From the NCBI GenBank assembly GCA_937625935.1, contig OW569344.1:248001-312000 (forward strand): a stretch of DNA of 64,000 bases. Direction: 5' to 3'. Origin of the DNA: Tetramitus jugosus (lineage: Eukaryota; Protista; Heterolobosea). A program made the translations under genes and the position numbers. Shown here in pieces: positions 34,098-45,663 of this stretch. Each line of letters starts with the position of its first letter. Within the stretch, counting starts at the first letter, position 1. The notes under the pieces are model-generated. The model worked only from the letters and a program-made list of their open reading frames with translations, was not told where the DNA came from and made no database searches.

Positions 34098-35300
34098 ATG
34101 GCCACTTCTGTTCAATCAACCATTGAGACCAATCATGAAGATGTTATTGTATGTTTGATGCAATTATTTGTTTGATCTTGTAGATCATGATCACTGACTG
34201 AAGTTTTTTTCTATATTGTTCTTAAACAAATCAATCTAATTAATCATGATACCCATACTCCTCACTCTGATCTTGTGATAGCACGACGCACAATTCGATT
34301 ATTATGGCAAGCGATTGGCCACATGCTCATCCGATAGAAATATAAAGATTTTTGATGCTTCCACTGATCAAAAGAAGTTGATTGCTGAACTCAAAGGGTA
34401 CCTATCTTTTGTTGATTTATTTTTTGTTGGCAAGCCAATATGAAACTAACAATATTGTGAATGGATTCTTTGTTGCCTCACACACGAAAAAAAAATGACA
34501 GACATGACGGTCCTGTTTGGCAAGTCAGTTGGGCACACCCTCAATTCGGAAATATCCTTGCTTCTTGTTCCTATGATCATAGAGTCATCATCTGGAGAGA
34601 ACAACAACCATCGTCATGGGTCAAATTTTATGAATACAAGCATAGATCATCTGTGAATGCGATTGCATGGGCACCTCACGAGTTTGGTCTCTGTTTGGCC
34701 AGTGCAAGCTCTGATTTCACTATTAAGGTTGTGTCATTCAATGAACAGACAAACAGTTGGGGAGAGTACGAGATTGCCGATGCACACACCATTGGTTGCA
34801 ATGCAATCAGTTGGGCACCAAGTGCACCTAGTGGATCACTGTTGAGTAACCAAGGACCTGCTACTCTTGTCAAGAGATTGGTGAGTGGCGGAGGTGACAA
34901 TAAGGTTAAAATTTGGAGATGCAACGAACAGAATCAATGGACTTGTGAAGAGACATTGAGTGGTCACTCTGACTGGGTGAGAGATGTCGCTTGGGCACCA
35001 AACATTGGTCTACCCTATGACACGATTGCTACTGGCTCTCAGGACCAATCTGTTATTATTTATACTTGCGAACAGGAAAAGTGGGTGGAGAGTAGCAAAT
35101 TGAATTTTGACAGTGTAGTTTGGAGAGTAAGCTGGAATTTGACTGGTGATATCTTGGCTGTGACAACTGCTGATAACAAGGTGACATTGTTCAAGCAGGA
35201 TGCTGATCAAAAGTGGGTCACTTTGGCAGTCATGGGTACCAGTGGTGATGCCAATGTTGCTTCCAACGTTGCAACCAACCAACAACCATCACAACAATAA
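34098..35300 (+). CDS. SEC13: COPII/nuclear pore WD40 protein Sec13, 3 exons (introns 34149-34281, 34398-34501)
   Basis: Spliced '[23 protein letters not shown]...[17 protein letters not shown]', 'WAPHEFG' and '[12 protein letters not shown]'. Confidence 0.95.
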
Positions 35301-35552
35301 ATTTTATCTATTTGACAACAAACAAAATGATAATATCTTACAATGATCCTCTCCTTTCACAATACAATCAATCAAAAACCAATGATATCTCTGAAATTCG
35401 GCATTAATTCTTTGTCTTTCTGCGCCGCAGCATCATCAGCACCCATCCGAACGGAATATTTTGATCGATCATTGAAGCAGAATTCAACCCCTGAACAACA
35501 AGATAAAAAAAAGAAATAACAAGTCAATAATACTACTATTCGCATTCGTATC

Positions 35553-36967
35553 ATGATGATGAAGAAGGCAATTGTAAGAGCTTGTGTATCATCCAGAAAT
35601 GTTTCCAAACTCGCTACTCCTTATTCAGTGAAGGGCTACAGCTCTGCTGCTGTGAGACCACCATTGTCTGTGTTCTCTGAGACTGAATCAATGATGAAGC
35701 AATCTGTTCAAGATTTTTGGTATGTACTCGTGTGAGAGATCTTGCTTTTGTGCGGCTGTTGTATCTTCGCGCTCTTTTTCTCTTGGCGCCATTTTACATG
35801 CTACGAGAAAAATGCGTCGACAGCGAGCGGTAATGTATAGAAAAAGCTAACAGCAGTTCATAATTTGTTATTGTTAGCAAGCAACACTTGCCATGGGAAA
35901 AGGTTTCACAGATGGATGCCGAGTCCAAGTTGGACAAGAAGGTGCTCGAGGCTGCATTCAATGACGGATTGATGGGTATTGAGATTCCTGAGGAGTTTGG
36001 TGGCTCTGGCATGACATTCTTCGACTCCATTATTGCTATTGAAGAGTTGGCAAAGGTTGATCCTGCTGTCAGTGTCATTGTCGATGTCCAAAACACATTG
36101 GTCATCCGTGTGTTGATGGATCACGGAACAGACAAGCAAAAACAAAATTGGTTACCAAGATTGGCCAAGGACACTGTTGGAAGTTTTTGTTTGAGTGAAC
36201 CATCTTCTGGCTCTGATGCCTTTGCTTTGAAAACAAAGGCTGAGCTTAAGGGTGATCAATATGTTCTCAATGGAACCAAGTGTTGGATCACGAATGCTCA
36301 AGAAGCAGGTTTCTTTATTGTGATGGCCAATGTTGATATGTCCAAGGGATACAAGGGCATTACGGCATTCATTGTTGACAAGAGTAATCCAGGTATTCGT
36401 ATCGGAAAGAAGGAGAACAAGTTGGGCATTCGTGCATCTTCAACCTGTGAAGTTGTCTTGGAGGACTGCGTTGTCAGTAAGGATGACGTCTTGGGTCAAG
36501 TTGGAAAGGGATACAAGATTGCTATTGAAACATTGAATGAGGGAAGAATCGGTATTGCTGCCCAAATGGTCGGTTTGGCACAGGGAGCATTCGATTATGC
36601 TATACCGTACATGAAGCAAAGAACACAATTCAACACACCGATCGCTAACTTCCAAGGTATGCAATTCCAGTATGCAAACTCTGCTGTTGAGATTGATGCT
36701 GCGAGATTGCTTGTCTATGAGGCTGCCAGAAAGAAGTTGGCTGGTGTCACATTCACAAAGGATGCTGCCATGGCAAAGTATTACAGCAGTGAGGTGGCTG
36801 GAAGAGTTTCAACCAAAGCAATTGAATGGTTGGGTGGTGTTGGATTCACTAAGGAGTTTGCTGCTGAGAAATTCTACAGAGACGCAATCATTGGCAAGAT
36901 TTATGAAGGAACATCGAACATCAATTTGCAAACAATTGCAAAGTTTATTGTCAATGAATACAATTAG
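35553..36967 (+). CDS. ACADSB: Short/branched-chain acyl-CoA dehydrogenase, mitochondrial, 2 exons (intron 35720-35877)
   Basis: 'GSFCLSEPSSGSDAFAL', 'KLGIRASSTC', 'LNEGRIGIAAQM' and 'GKIYEGTSNI'. Presequence encoded in exon 1. Confidence 0.92.
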
Positions 36968-36992
36968 GTAGTAATAAATTTATCTGTATTCA

Positions 36993-39900
36993 TCATTCCA
37001 ATTCAAACGAATCCATCAACAAAATGGGTGACTCGTCATCATCACTCTCGGCCGGAAGACCAATGTCACATTGTGGAGGAGGGTTCACAAACAGTTCATC
37101 AAGAGCAACTACCGGTGGATAGTCGGCTGTGGTTACCTCCATAACCTCATCTTCATCGTCCTCATCAATGAGCACGATTTCAATATCTTGTTCCAAGTGA
37201 TCATCGTAGTCGATTCCACCTTTAAACTTTGCTGGCAGCGTCTTTGGCCATTTTGGCAAAGGTGCTTGGTGCTGCTTAAGCAATCCTTCCAGGTATTCAA
37301 TCTTTGATTGAGCTTTGGCGTTGAATTCTTGATGTTCGTACGAGGAATTCCTGCATATTTTCTTCCAGAATGTATCACCATAGTCAGTTACAATCTCATC
37401 ATCAACTGCGATTGATTTGGTTGCCTTGAACAAGATCGTAGGAATCCAATTTTTAGCAACCAAGAGCCACGTAAGATGGGCAGTTGCGTTGATGGAGTGG
37501 TCATCCTCTTCTCTTCTGAATTTGTCATTAATAAATCGACACTCATTGCCAGCCCTAAAATTTTCCATCACAAGCTTAATATCATCCACGACAACAGAAA
37601 ATGCATAGGAATCAAACTCTTTCTCGTCTGAAACCTCTTCAGACAACCGTCCAATGTAAAGTCCAATTGGCTCACCCTTCCTGATGGGTTCACTAGCAGC
37701 GAGAGCGAACGCTCTGTCGTTGGGAGGAGCATACCATCGCACAGGATGTCCAATCGAGATGACTTCGACGACTTTTGCCTTTGGAACGAATCCTTTAAGA
37801 ATACGTGAAGGGATGGATGAGTTAGGTGGGAAAAAATCATTTAGGACATCATGCAACAGCGGTGTGTGGTCAGTCTCATTTAGATCTCTCAGAGTCGATG
37901 GCTCTAAGTCTACCAATACCTGCCGAAGAATTTTGCACCTCCTATAGTCAAATGCAAAGTCGGCATCCACTTTGGGCATACCATCTCGAACTGAGAGAGC
38001 CGGCAATGTTTTAGGAACCTTTCTGGGAGGACCATGTAGCTCTTCCTCTGAATCTTCATAGTTTCCTCTTTTTCGTTTAATATTAGTCTTGTTAATGTGC
38101 TCGAGAATAGCACCGTGATCAATTTGACTGTTTTGCACATATTTTCCTTTAAACATATCATATTGTAACTCATCAACGTCCACCTCTCGAGGTTTCTCTT
38201 TTCCTGATCTATATTCCAACGGTACGTATTGATTCACAGCTTGTTGCAATGCAAGACAGTAGAAATGGCTGTAGAAAGATAGTGAACATTGTCCATCGAG
38301 TTGCTGTAACTGAATCTGTTCTCTGCACGATGAGCCCCAATCCATCAAAATTTCTTCACCTGCAAAAATGTCATACTCAGCGACAAAGGCTACAAACACT
38401 CCAGGAGCATAGTCTCGATGGTAAATGGGGACAGCTTTGATATTGTTACCTTGCGAGTTGTGCCACGTGGCATCTTGAACAAAACGACTAATGTTACCTC
38501 CTTCAACAGCTTCCACAACAAGCGCTTTACCAGGATAGTCTGGCAAAGCATCTTCCGGAATATCAAATGCCCATATGTTATCCAAGGCTAAAGTGTCTCG
38601 CTTCGCAAATCCATCTGCAGTTCTCAATGCGCCCGTGTATATACCTATACACTCACCGTCAGCAATATTTTCAGTTGCTTTTACTGTCACTCTTAATGGA
38701 TTATTTTTCATCATGTACAAGGCACATTTTAGCATCTCTCCTGATTTAATTGCTTCAATTGTGTTTGCATGCTGAATATCACAAGCACCAGCCTTTGTTG
38801 ATAACCACTTGTTCAAAACACTGCGAGTTCTGTTGTCCAACTTTGCCTGTATAGTCGAAGAATACCGTAGCGAACATTTCCTGAAGAATTCATGATTGTC
38901 TCGAACGCGGATGAATCCCTCACTATCCACAACCTCGTTTTCAGTTTGGATGTTTTCGAGTCCGAGATCGATGCTCAGGTCAGTCTTTTTCTCCTGTTGC
39001 TTTTCCGGAGTTTTCGTCTTCTCTCTTCTGGGTCTTTCATTCTTGGGAGGATTTGGCTTTTGTCTCTTTGGTGTTTTTCGTTTCTTGACTGGAGTTTCAT
39101 CAAAATCAAAGTCAATATCATCCAGAGAAACTGTTGTCTTCTTTTTGGTGCTCGCTCTCGCTCTTCGCTTTGATCTAGGGGGTGTTTGCTTTTCCTTGCT
39201 TTGATTGTTCTTTTCTCGCTCTGCATTTTGCATATCAATGAGTTTCTGCTCCTCTTGTTGCTGCAGTAGCAATTGTATCTCCATAGGTATTGTAGACTTT
39301 CGTGCGGATCTCTTTTGATATGGTCGCATAGGTGTAGAATCATCAAAGCCAGTCTCAGTGGCCATCAGTCCCAACTCTTCACTGAATATATTATTTTGAT
39401 GGAGGGTTTCAATTGTCACAGGCGGTATTTCCTCTGTTGGCAAAGCATCTGCTTCCAATGGTTTCTCAACAACATCAATGGTGTTGATGACACCAACATC
39501 TGTGTTTTCGATCGTACTCTCTATTGCATGATCAATCACATTCTCTACGTTTAAAATAGTAGTTGCGCTAGTATCATTTGTGTTTTCTACAATATTAAGC
39601 CCTATCGTCGGTATGTTATCGTTGATATCGTGTGTATTCGTAGCGTTAGAGATATACTCTGCACTCGTAATATCTGCTATCGTTATATTTTCTACATTGT
39701 TCGTGGTCGCCGTTGTATCAAGAGATGGTGTTACATTTAACATAGTTGGAGTTTCTATCATAACTTCAGTATCCAATGCTGCTTCCTTCACACAGCCCAT
39801 TTCATTAATAGCATTCCTATCGATCATATTATCCATAATATTGAGAACACGAGAATCAAAGTTAGTCACCATTTCTATTGGCTCGCTTTGAGGAGCAGGT

Positions 39901-41847
39901 AACTGAGCTAGAACTTCGCTTGGTGTATCTATCTGAACTGGTTCATCACTATCCTGAGGTGGTTTCTCTGGTATTCCAGTGGTTTCTACTACTGGAGCAA
40001 CGTCCGACAGCCGTTTCCTCCTGGGCTTCATAGCATTAGGGTCTTTCATCTTTCTGTGCTGTAGACACCGCCGATAGCTGTTCCACATACATTCAAATAA
40101 TCTGTGTTAGCGTTAATGTACGAAATTACGTTTAGGAAATGATTACCAACCACCTAACTTACCATTTATCACAAACTTTTCCACAAGTCATATCAAAGTC
40201 TGGAAAAACTTCCTTGTACTCCCCCAGAAGTTTATCTGTCGCTCCTTTAATATATGATACCACACTCTTGCACACAACACAAACATGTGTCTCTGTAGTG
40301 CGCTTTTCCTTTGTTTTCATTGAGTCATCTGACAACAATAGTTTCCGTTTCAAATTGCGTTGGGGAGTTTTGTTATTAGGAGAGGCAGAAACAGGTACTG
40401 TTGTCGCCACTGTTGCATTTGCAACATGGGCAGGTATAGCGGTTGATGTCATAACAGTGTCCACAGAGCTTGCTACAAGAGCAGAGTCTGGAGTTGATGA
40501 CGATGATGATAAAGCAGCTGGCTGACTCGAGCTAGTCGTCGTAGTAGCAGTAGCATTAGTAGTCGATTTGGGTTTGCATTTTTTCCGCTTTTTCTTTTGA
40601 TTTTCATTATTCATTTGACTTGACAACATGTGGTCAACACTTTCAAAAGTTGTAATGGTGTACATTGGAGATTCGTTTGGTACTATTACGCTGGACAATG
40701 GCAACACCTCTGTTGACACTGTAGGTTGATTATTCATTGGTATAAATTGATATGTTTCATTAATAAATTTAAGTACATTGGAAAGGGCATTCTTATCGTT
40801 CAGAGTGTCATTGTTATCCGAGTTTGACTGAACAAATACAGTGTCGCTCTCAATGCTGCTCTGATTTGGTATTGATTCACTATCCTTCTCTGATGATGAT
40901 GCACTAGCATTCTCATTCAAACTCCGAGTCACCAAATCATCATTATTTAGAGATATTTGATTGTTCGCTGAAGATGATTGTTCGCTGCCATCATGAACAT
41001 GCTCAGTAGAGACTGCAGATTCTGAATTACTAATATTGTTATAATTACTATCATTAACTACATTGGTCATCTCATTCTGAATACAATCGTTATTACTATC
41101 ATTTTTGTTGTGACTATTGGTTTCTTGATCAATAGTATCATTGATAGGAAACACTTGTTCTGGTTGTTGCTCTTGTATCGATTCTTGCAACGGATCATTC
41201 ATGATTGTTTGTTGGAACAGCAACGGTGATTGCTGGTGTTGTTGTTCTTCTTGATTATAGTCGTCAGTATCATCAATTAATGAGGAAGAACTTGATGCTA
41301 GAGAATGAAACGAAGGCAGTGATTCATATTGTTGAAACTGATGTTGTAATTGTTGTTGTTGATATTGATCATCATGTGCAAAATAATTTTGAACATAATA
41401 AAACAGGGATGATGGAGATGATTCCTCTGTTTGTGTGACGGTCGTTGTTGTTGTTTCTGATGCTATTGATGGCGATAGTGATGGTGGGAGAGATGGCAAT
41501 GTCGATGGTGAGAATGGGCTTGGAGGAGGTGTCACAAATGAAAAATGATTTTCTTCACTCGCCGTTGTTGTTGTTGCTGCTTCTTCTTCTGTAGCCATGG
41601 ATGGATGAATCATTTGTTGTGATCCCGTCATGTGATGATCATACATTCGGATGTGACTTGGAGTAGGTAAGAGAGGATCACCCAGATAGTCATTGTGATT
41701 GACTGTTGTTGTTGCTGTTGAGCAAATGAAGTCATCTGATGAAACATTTGATTGTGCATCTTCACTCTGGTGTGATTGAATTGGTGTCGTTGTGTTGTTG
41801 TTGTGATCATTGATCTCAGGATCATTACCGCCAGTGTTCTCACTCAT
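36993..41847 (-). CDS. Large protein: low-complexity N-terminus, C4 zinc-finger-like motif, two SET domains; 2 exons (intron 40162-40078)
   Basis: The GTAAGT...GCTAAC...AACAG intron joins the 562-aa and 1031-aa ORFs and creates 'CVVCK...VCDKCYRRC'. SET motifs are 'IGIYTG...GNISRFVQD...GEEILMDWG' and 'IGLYIG...GNECRFIND...DEIVTDYG'. Confidence 0.8.
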
Positions 41848-42034
41848 ATTCCACCAGGGTTCAATGTGAATCGCTCTTTGTTTGTTGTCTGTCGCAGAAA
41901 TGCAAATTTTTGATTGTTATGGCGGGAGCTCATCAATTCTCCAGTTCGTGTGGCTCCGACAACATTACAATTTTTCGCGACTGAAAGGAAGAACTCATCT
42001 CTCACAAAACCACTCAATTGTTATCCAACGAAAA

Positions 42035-42625
42035 ATGAAGTCTACCTCTGTACTCCTTATTGCCACTCTCTGTTTGTTGCTTGCCTTGTTTGTTCAATCC
42101 TTGAAGCAACAGCCTTCTGCTATGCAAAAGCTCACACCTGCTCAAATGGACGAGGGCTACTTTTTGATGAATAAGCTCGCTGCTCATTTGAAGGGTGTTG
42201 ATGCCAACTGTAAATTCCAAGAGGCCACCAAGAATGAGACATGCGCTGTCCATGTTGATGAACATATCAAGCTTGGATTCATTAGTCAGCACATCAAGTT
42301 CGATGCTGTTGTCAGTGCCAGAGTTGATCTCCAGGCCGATGCTGTCTATGTTTTGGCTATTTTGAACGGCCAGACTGTATACTCTAAGGCTGTGAGCATT
42401 GAACAATTGAACGAACCAATCTGTGTTTCCGTTTTGGGTGGCTTGTTCCATTTGTGCATTGAATTCTCCAACATTAATTTCAACGTGCACAACAACTGCT
42501 TTACTGCCGATATTGAAGCACTGATCAAGTTCTACACAATGGAAGTGAAACTCTTCTCTGATCAATTCGGCTGGAATCAAGCTCAATGTCAAGCCATGTT
42601 GAACAAGTTCCAACTCGGACATTAA
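42035..42625 (+). CDS. Small secreted Cys-containing protein (DUF4773-like)
   Basis: Signal peptide 'MKSTSVLLIATLCLLLALFVQS'. The pattern 'LNGQTVYSKAVS...PICV...LCIEFSNI' resembles DUF4773. Confidence 0.6.
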   Translation: MKSTSVLLIATLCLLLALFVQSLKQQPSAMQKLTPAQMDEGYFLMNKLAAHLKGVDANCKFQEATKNETCAVHVDEHIKLGFISQHIKFDAVVSARVDLQADAVYVLAILNGQTVYSKAVSIEQLNEPICVSVLGGLFHLCIEFSNINFNVHNNCFTADIEALIKFYTMEVKLFSDQFGWNQAQCQAMLNKFQLGH

Positions 42626-42693
42626 TGCACACGCTCGATAGTGAATTGCGTATTTATTTGAGAATATTATAAATCCAGGCCTGGTTCATTATG

Positions 42694-45663
42694 TTACACT
42701 CTTGTTTCTTCAGCATCAGTAAAACTGTCATCCAGTTCCTCATCTTCATCATCGTATGACTCAAATGTACCAAGACCTTGAACTCCCTGATTGCTGAGTA
42801 CAGAGTAATTGGCATACAGAGTTTGATGCTTTTTGAACAAGTATACCAACCCTCCAAACAAGAGCACGAATATGCCAGATGCGATACCAACGAGGACAAT
42901 GGCAGTGTTTCTTTGGAGCTCCACTTCTTCACAATCTTTTTCAACAGATTTAGGTAATGTCACACCGTCTGAGCAATTTCTTGGTTCCTTCCATGCGTAT
43001 GTCGTTCTGAACTTACCGTCGATACACTTGGTATCAACAGCATAGTAGTCCTTCTTGGTACACACAGGACAAACATAAACCTCATCTGGAGGTGGAGTGC
43101 TGCTTGTTGGAGTGATACCCTTGGGGTAACATGCTACACCCTTTCTTGGGAAGTAAGCTTTTGTTCGGGTACCATTAAAACATGGAGTGAAGGCGGAATC
43201 ATAGTCAAGTTGTGTGCATGCTGGACAAGCGACTATTGACTTCCATTCATATTCTACTAAACATGAATCGAAAATGTCGTCATCTGTCTTGAACTGAGTT
43301 AACATTGTTGGATAACCCAAACCTTGCTCTGGATCACACTTGAGATACAATCTCGTTTTCAAGTTCGTTTGCTTTTCTTCGTCGCAAATATATGGAGATT
43401 GATACTCTACAGTAATGCCTTTGTGCCTATTTTCAACTCCTAATGGTACAAAGCTCAACTTGTCTCCTGTATTTTGAGAGAGAGTGTACTCCTCGCTCTG
43501 CGCACAAGAGAAGGCCTTGAATGTGGCGGACGTGTTTGCCAATCTATTTTCAGTCAATTGAGACTCGATATCAGGATAGCGACAGAAGCTGGTCTTGGAA
43601 GTATCAAACTTGGAGCAAACGCTAAAGTAATATGACAATTTAGAATCAGAACTGAGTGGTGTAAAAGGACCAATAGCACCAGTGTCTTGAGACACTTGTT
43701 GATGTAAGTCTGTTAAATTATAGGCGATGTCCTCAGCACCTGGCATGACGAACACACAGTTTGTCGTACACTCAGTTGATCCATAGTCAGAAGTAGTTCC
43801 ATAACCACATGGCTTACATTTTGGTTGCCCTGGTTTGTCAGAATAAGTGTTTGGAGCGCAAGGATCGCAAGTCTCTGACTTGAGCTTGGATGTGTATCCA
43901 GGCGGACATGGTATCATTTTGTCCGACTTTTGTAGGCATCCATAACCAGGTTGGCACTCTTCACAACTCTGAGCAGCTCCAGTGGCCTCTCCCTCAATTA
44001 TCAACGACTTAATTTTCACGTGTGCAGTCTGATCCTCACAATCATACTTTTCAAAAATGAGAAACAGAGAATAGGTGCCACTCTTCAGATAGTCGGAGAC
44101 AAACTTTGTTGGTTTCGCTTCAGCGGTGGTTTCTAAAACAGTAACACCGTCAATAAGGAGCGTCAGTACTGTTGTTTTAGGGTCACTAGAAGGATTAACA
44201 ATCTCGTAATCAAGTTCAATCTTTCCTCTCGTGATCAAATTAATATCGATTCCCAGAGTCAAAGTATCACCATAAACATCAGTATTAGATATTATATAGG
44301 CATCATTCTTTTCCGGATCTGTTGCTACTTGCCAAAACTTGGCATCGCTCGGACATGTTCCATAGCATCCAACCTTCCAAGCTTCTGGTATCTGTGAGTA
44401 TTCAGTAAAATAGTTCCTGTCATATGACAACTTCTTAAGTGCATATTCTCGTGATGGACAAGACATACACTGCCCACCACGGTCATTCATGCTGAAGTAT
44501 TTAGTACCAGGACACTTAACACACTTTGAACTCGTGTCTCTATACATTCCATAGGGACAAGGCAGACATGGTACATTACGTACTTGCTGTTGGCCATCCG
44601 CAGGTGTAAAATCGCCCTTGCAAATATCAGATATCTTTCTCCATTTTATGGTTCGTGTACCATTGTTACACTTTGTATAGTAAGATATAAAGTCCTTTTT
44701 CTCACAGTTTGGTTTTTCCTTACATTCTTTTCCCTCCAGAGCATATTCATCATCTTTACATTGTGTGCAAGCCGTGGCACCACTCACATTAGATATTTCG
44801 TTCTTTGCACAAGGCTTACATTCGCTTTGACCCTCTGCACCAGCAAATGTTCCCACAGGACATTTCTCACAACTGTCGACAACTCTCTTGCTGCCATAAA
44901 TTTTGATCTCCTTGATGTATGCACGATCCTTTCCCTTTGAAATTCGAGAGTTCTTCTTGTACATCCATTGTAGCAAGTGAGCACCACGATCCAGTTTAAA
45001 CTTTGCCCAAACAAAGCCATCTGTTACCGGTGTCTTATAGAGGAGAATCTTGTTGTTGACTCTGAATTCTAGACCGTCACCCGATCGATCCGAATCCACC
45101 TTGTACAAAAATTCAACACTACCACTCTCTCTCACAATTTGCGTCGTCATGGATAGAACAGAATTGATATTGTGCTTGTTTGCATTGTCTCCCGAACTAA
45201 TAAAATCAAAGTTCTTGGAAACGACCCATTGCTGACAATCAGAATCACATGAGGTTACCATGGATGTTGGCATGGAGCTCCAATCATGAATGTACTCACC
45301 CTCAGAAAAGCTAAAGTGTCCCTTCTCACACTTGGCACACTGTGTGGCAGGTGCCTTGAGATACTCTCCGTTCGAGCAAGTAATATTACAGGGGATGAAG
45401 CTGTTTGAGGGAGGCACAGGGTAGGTGCTATTCTCCACACAGTTATTCTTCTTGTAGTGAACAATCAATATTTGATTGGTGGTTGGGTCGCACTCAGAAT
45501 AGGTGGCACCAAAGTCATCCTGTGTGCAATGTGGTGATGGTTCCGCGGCATGTGACCTATCAACCATCAGAACAAGTGAAAAAATGAAGGACAACAACAA
45601 AAAGGACAAGAAAAAGTGTGGAAGCGTCGTTATTGTTGTTCCCATTCTAGTTGTTTTGGGCAT
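42694..45663 (-). CDS. ELAPOR/KIAA1324 (UPF0577)-like type-I membrane protein
   Basis: Signal peptide, 'CTQDDFGATYSECD', Cys-rich GCC2/GCC3-type repeats, an MRH-like domain ('YYFSVC...EWKSIVACPAC'), a TM segment and an acidic tail. Confidence 0.82.
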   Translation of the reverse strand: MPKTTRMGTTITTLPHFFLSFLLLSFIFSLVLMVDRSHAAEPSPHCTQDDFGATYSECDPTTNQILIVHYKKNNCVENSTYPVPPSNSFIPCNITCSNGEYLKAPATQCAKCEKGHFSFSEGEYIHDWSSMPTSMVTSCDSDCQQWVVSKNFDFISSGDNANKHNINSVLSMTTQIVRESGSVEFLYKVDSDRSGDGLEFRVNNKILLYKTPVTDGFVWAKFKLDRGAHLLQWMYKKNSRISKGKDRAYIKEIKIYGSKRVVDSCEKCPVGTFAGAEGQSECKPCAKNEISNVSGATACTQCKDDEYALEGKECKEKPNCEKKDFISYYTKCNNGTRTIKWRKISDICKGDFTPADGQQQVRNVPCLPCPYGMYRDTSSKCVKCPGTKYFSMNDRGGQCMSCPSREYALKKLSYDRNYFTEYSQIPEAWKVGCYGTCPSDAKFWQVATDPEKNDAYIISNTDVYGDTLTLGIDINLITRGKIELDYEIVNPSSDPKTTVLTLLIDGVTVLETTAEAKPTKFVSDYLKSGTYSLFLIFEKYDCEDQTAHVKIKSLIIEGEATGAAQSCEECQPGYGCLQKSDKMIPCPPGYTSKLKSETCDPCAPNTYSDKPGQPKCKPCGYGTTSDYGSTECTTNCVFVMPGAEDIAYNLTDLHQQVSQDTGAIGPFTPLSSDSKLSYYFSVCSKFDTSKTSFCRYPDIESQLTENRLANTSATFKAFSCAQSEEYTLSQNTGDKLSFVPLGVENRHKGITVEYQSPYICDEEKQTNLKTRLYLKCDPEQGLGYPTMLTQFKTDDDIFDSCLVEYEWKSIVACPACTQLDYDSAFTPCFNGTRTKAYFPRKGVACYPKGITPTSSTPPPDEVYVCPVCTKKDYYAVDTKCIDGKFRTTYAWKEPRNCSDGVTLPKSVEKDCEEVELQRNTAIVLVGIASGIFVLLFGGLVYLFKKHQTLYANYSVLSNQGVQGLGTFESYDDEDEELDDSFTDAEETRV

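Noticed and set aside
42014-42622. 202-aa antisense ORF fully overlapping the secreted protein gene
   Set aside because: In-register antisense shadow caused by codon bias. It has no credible start or motif.
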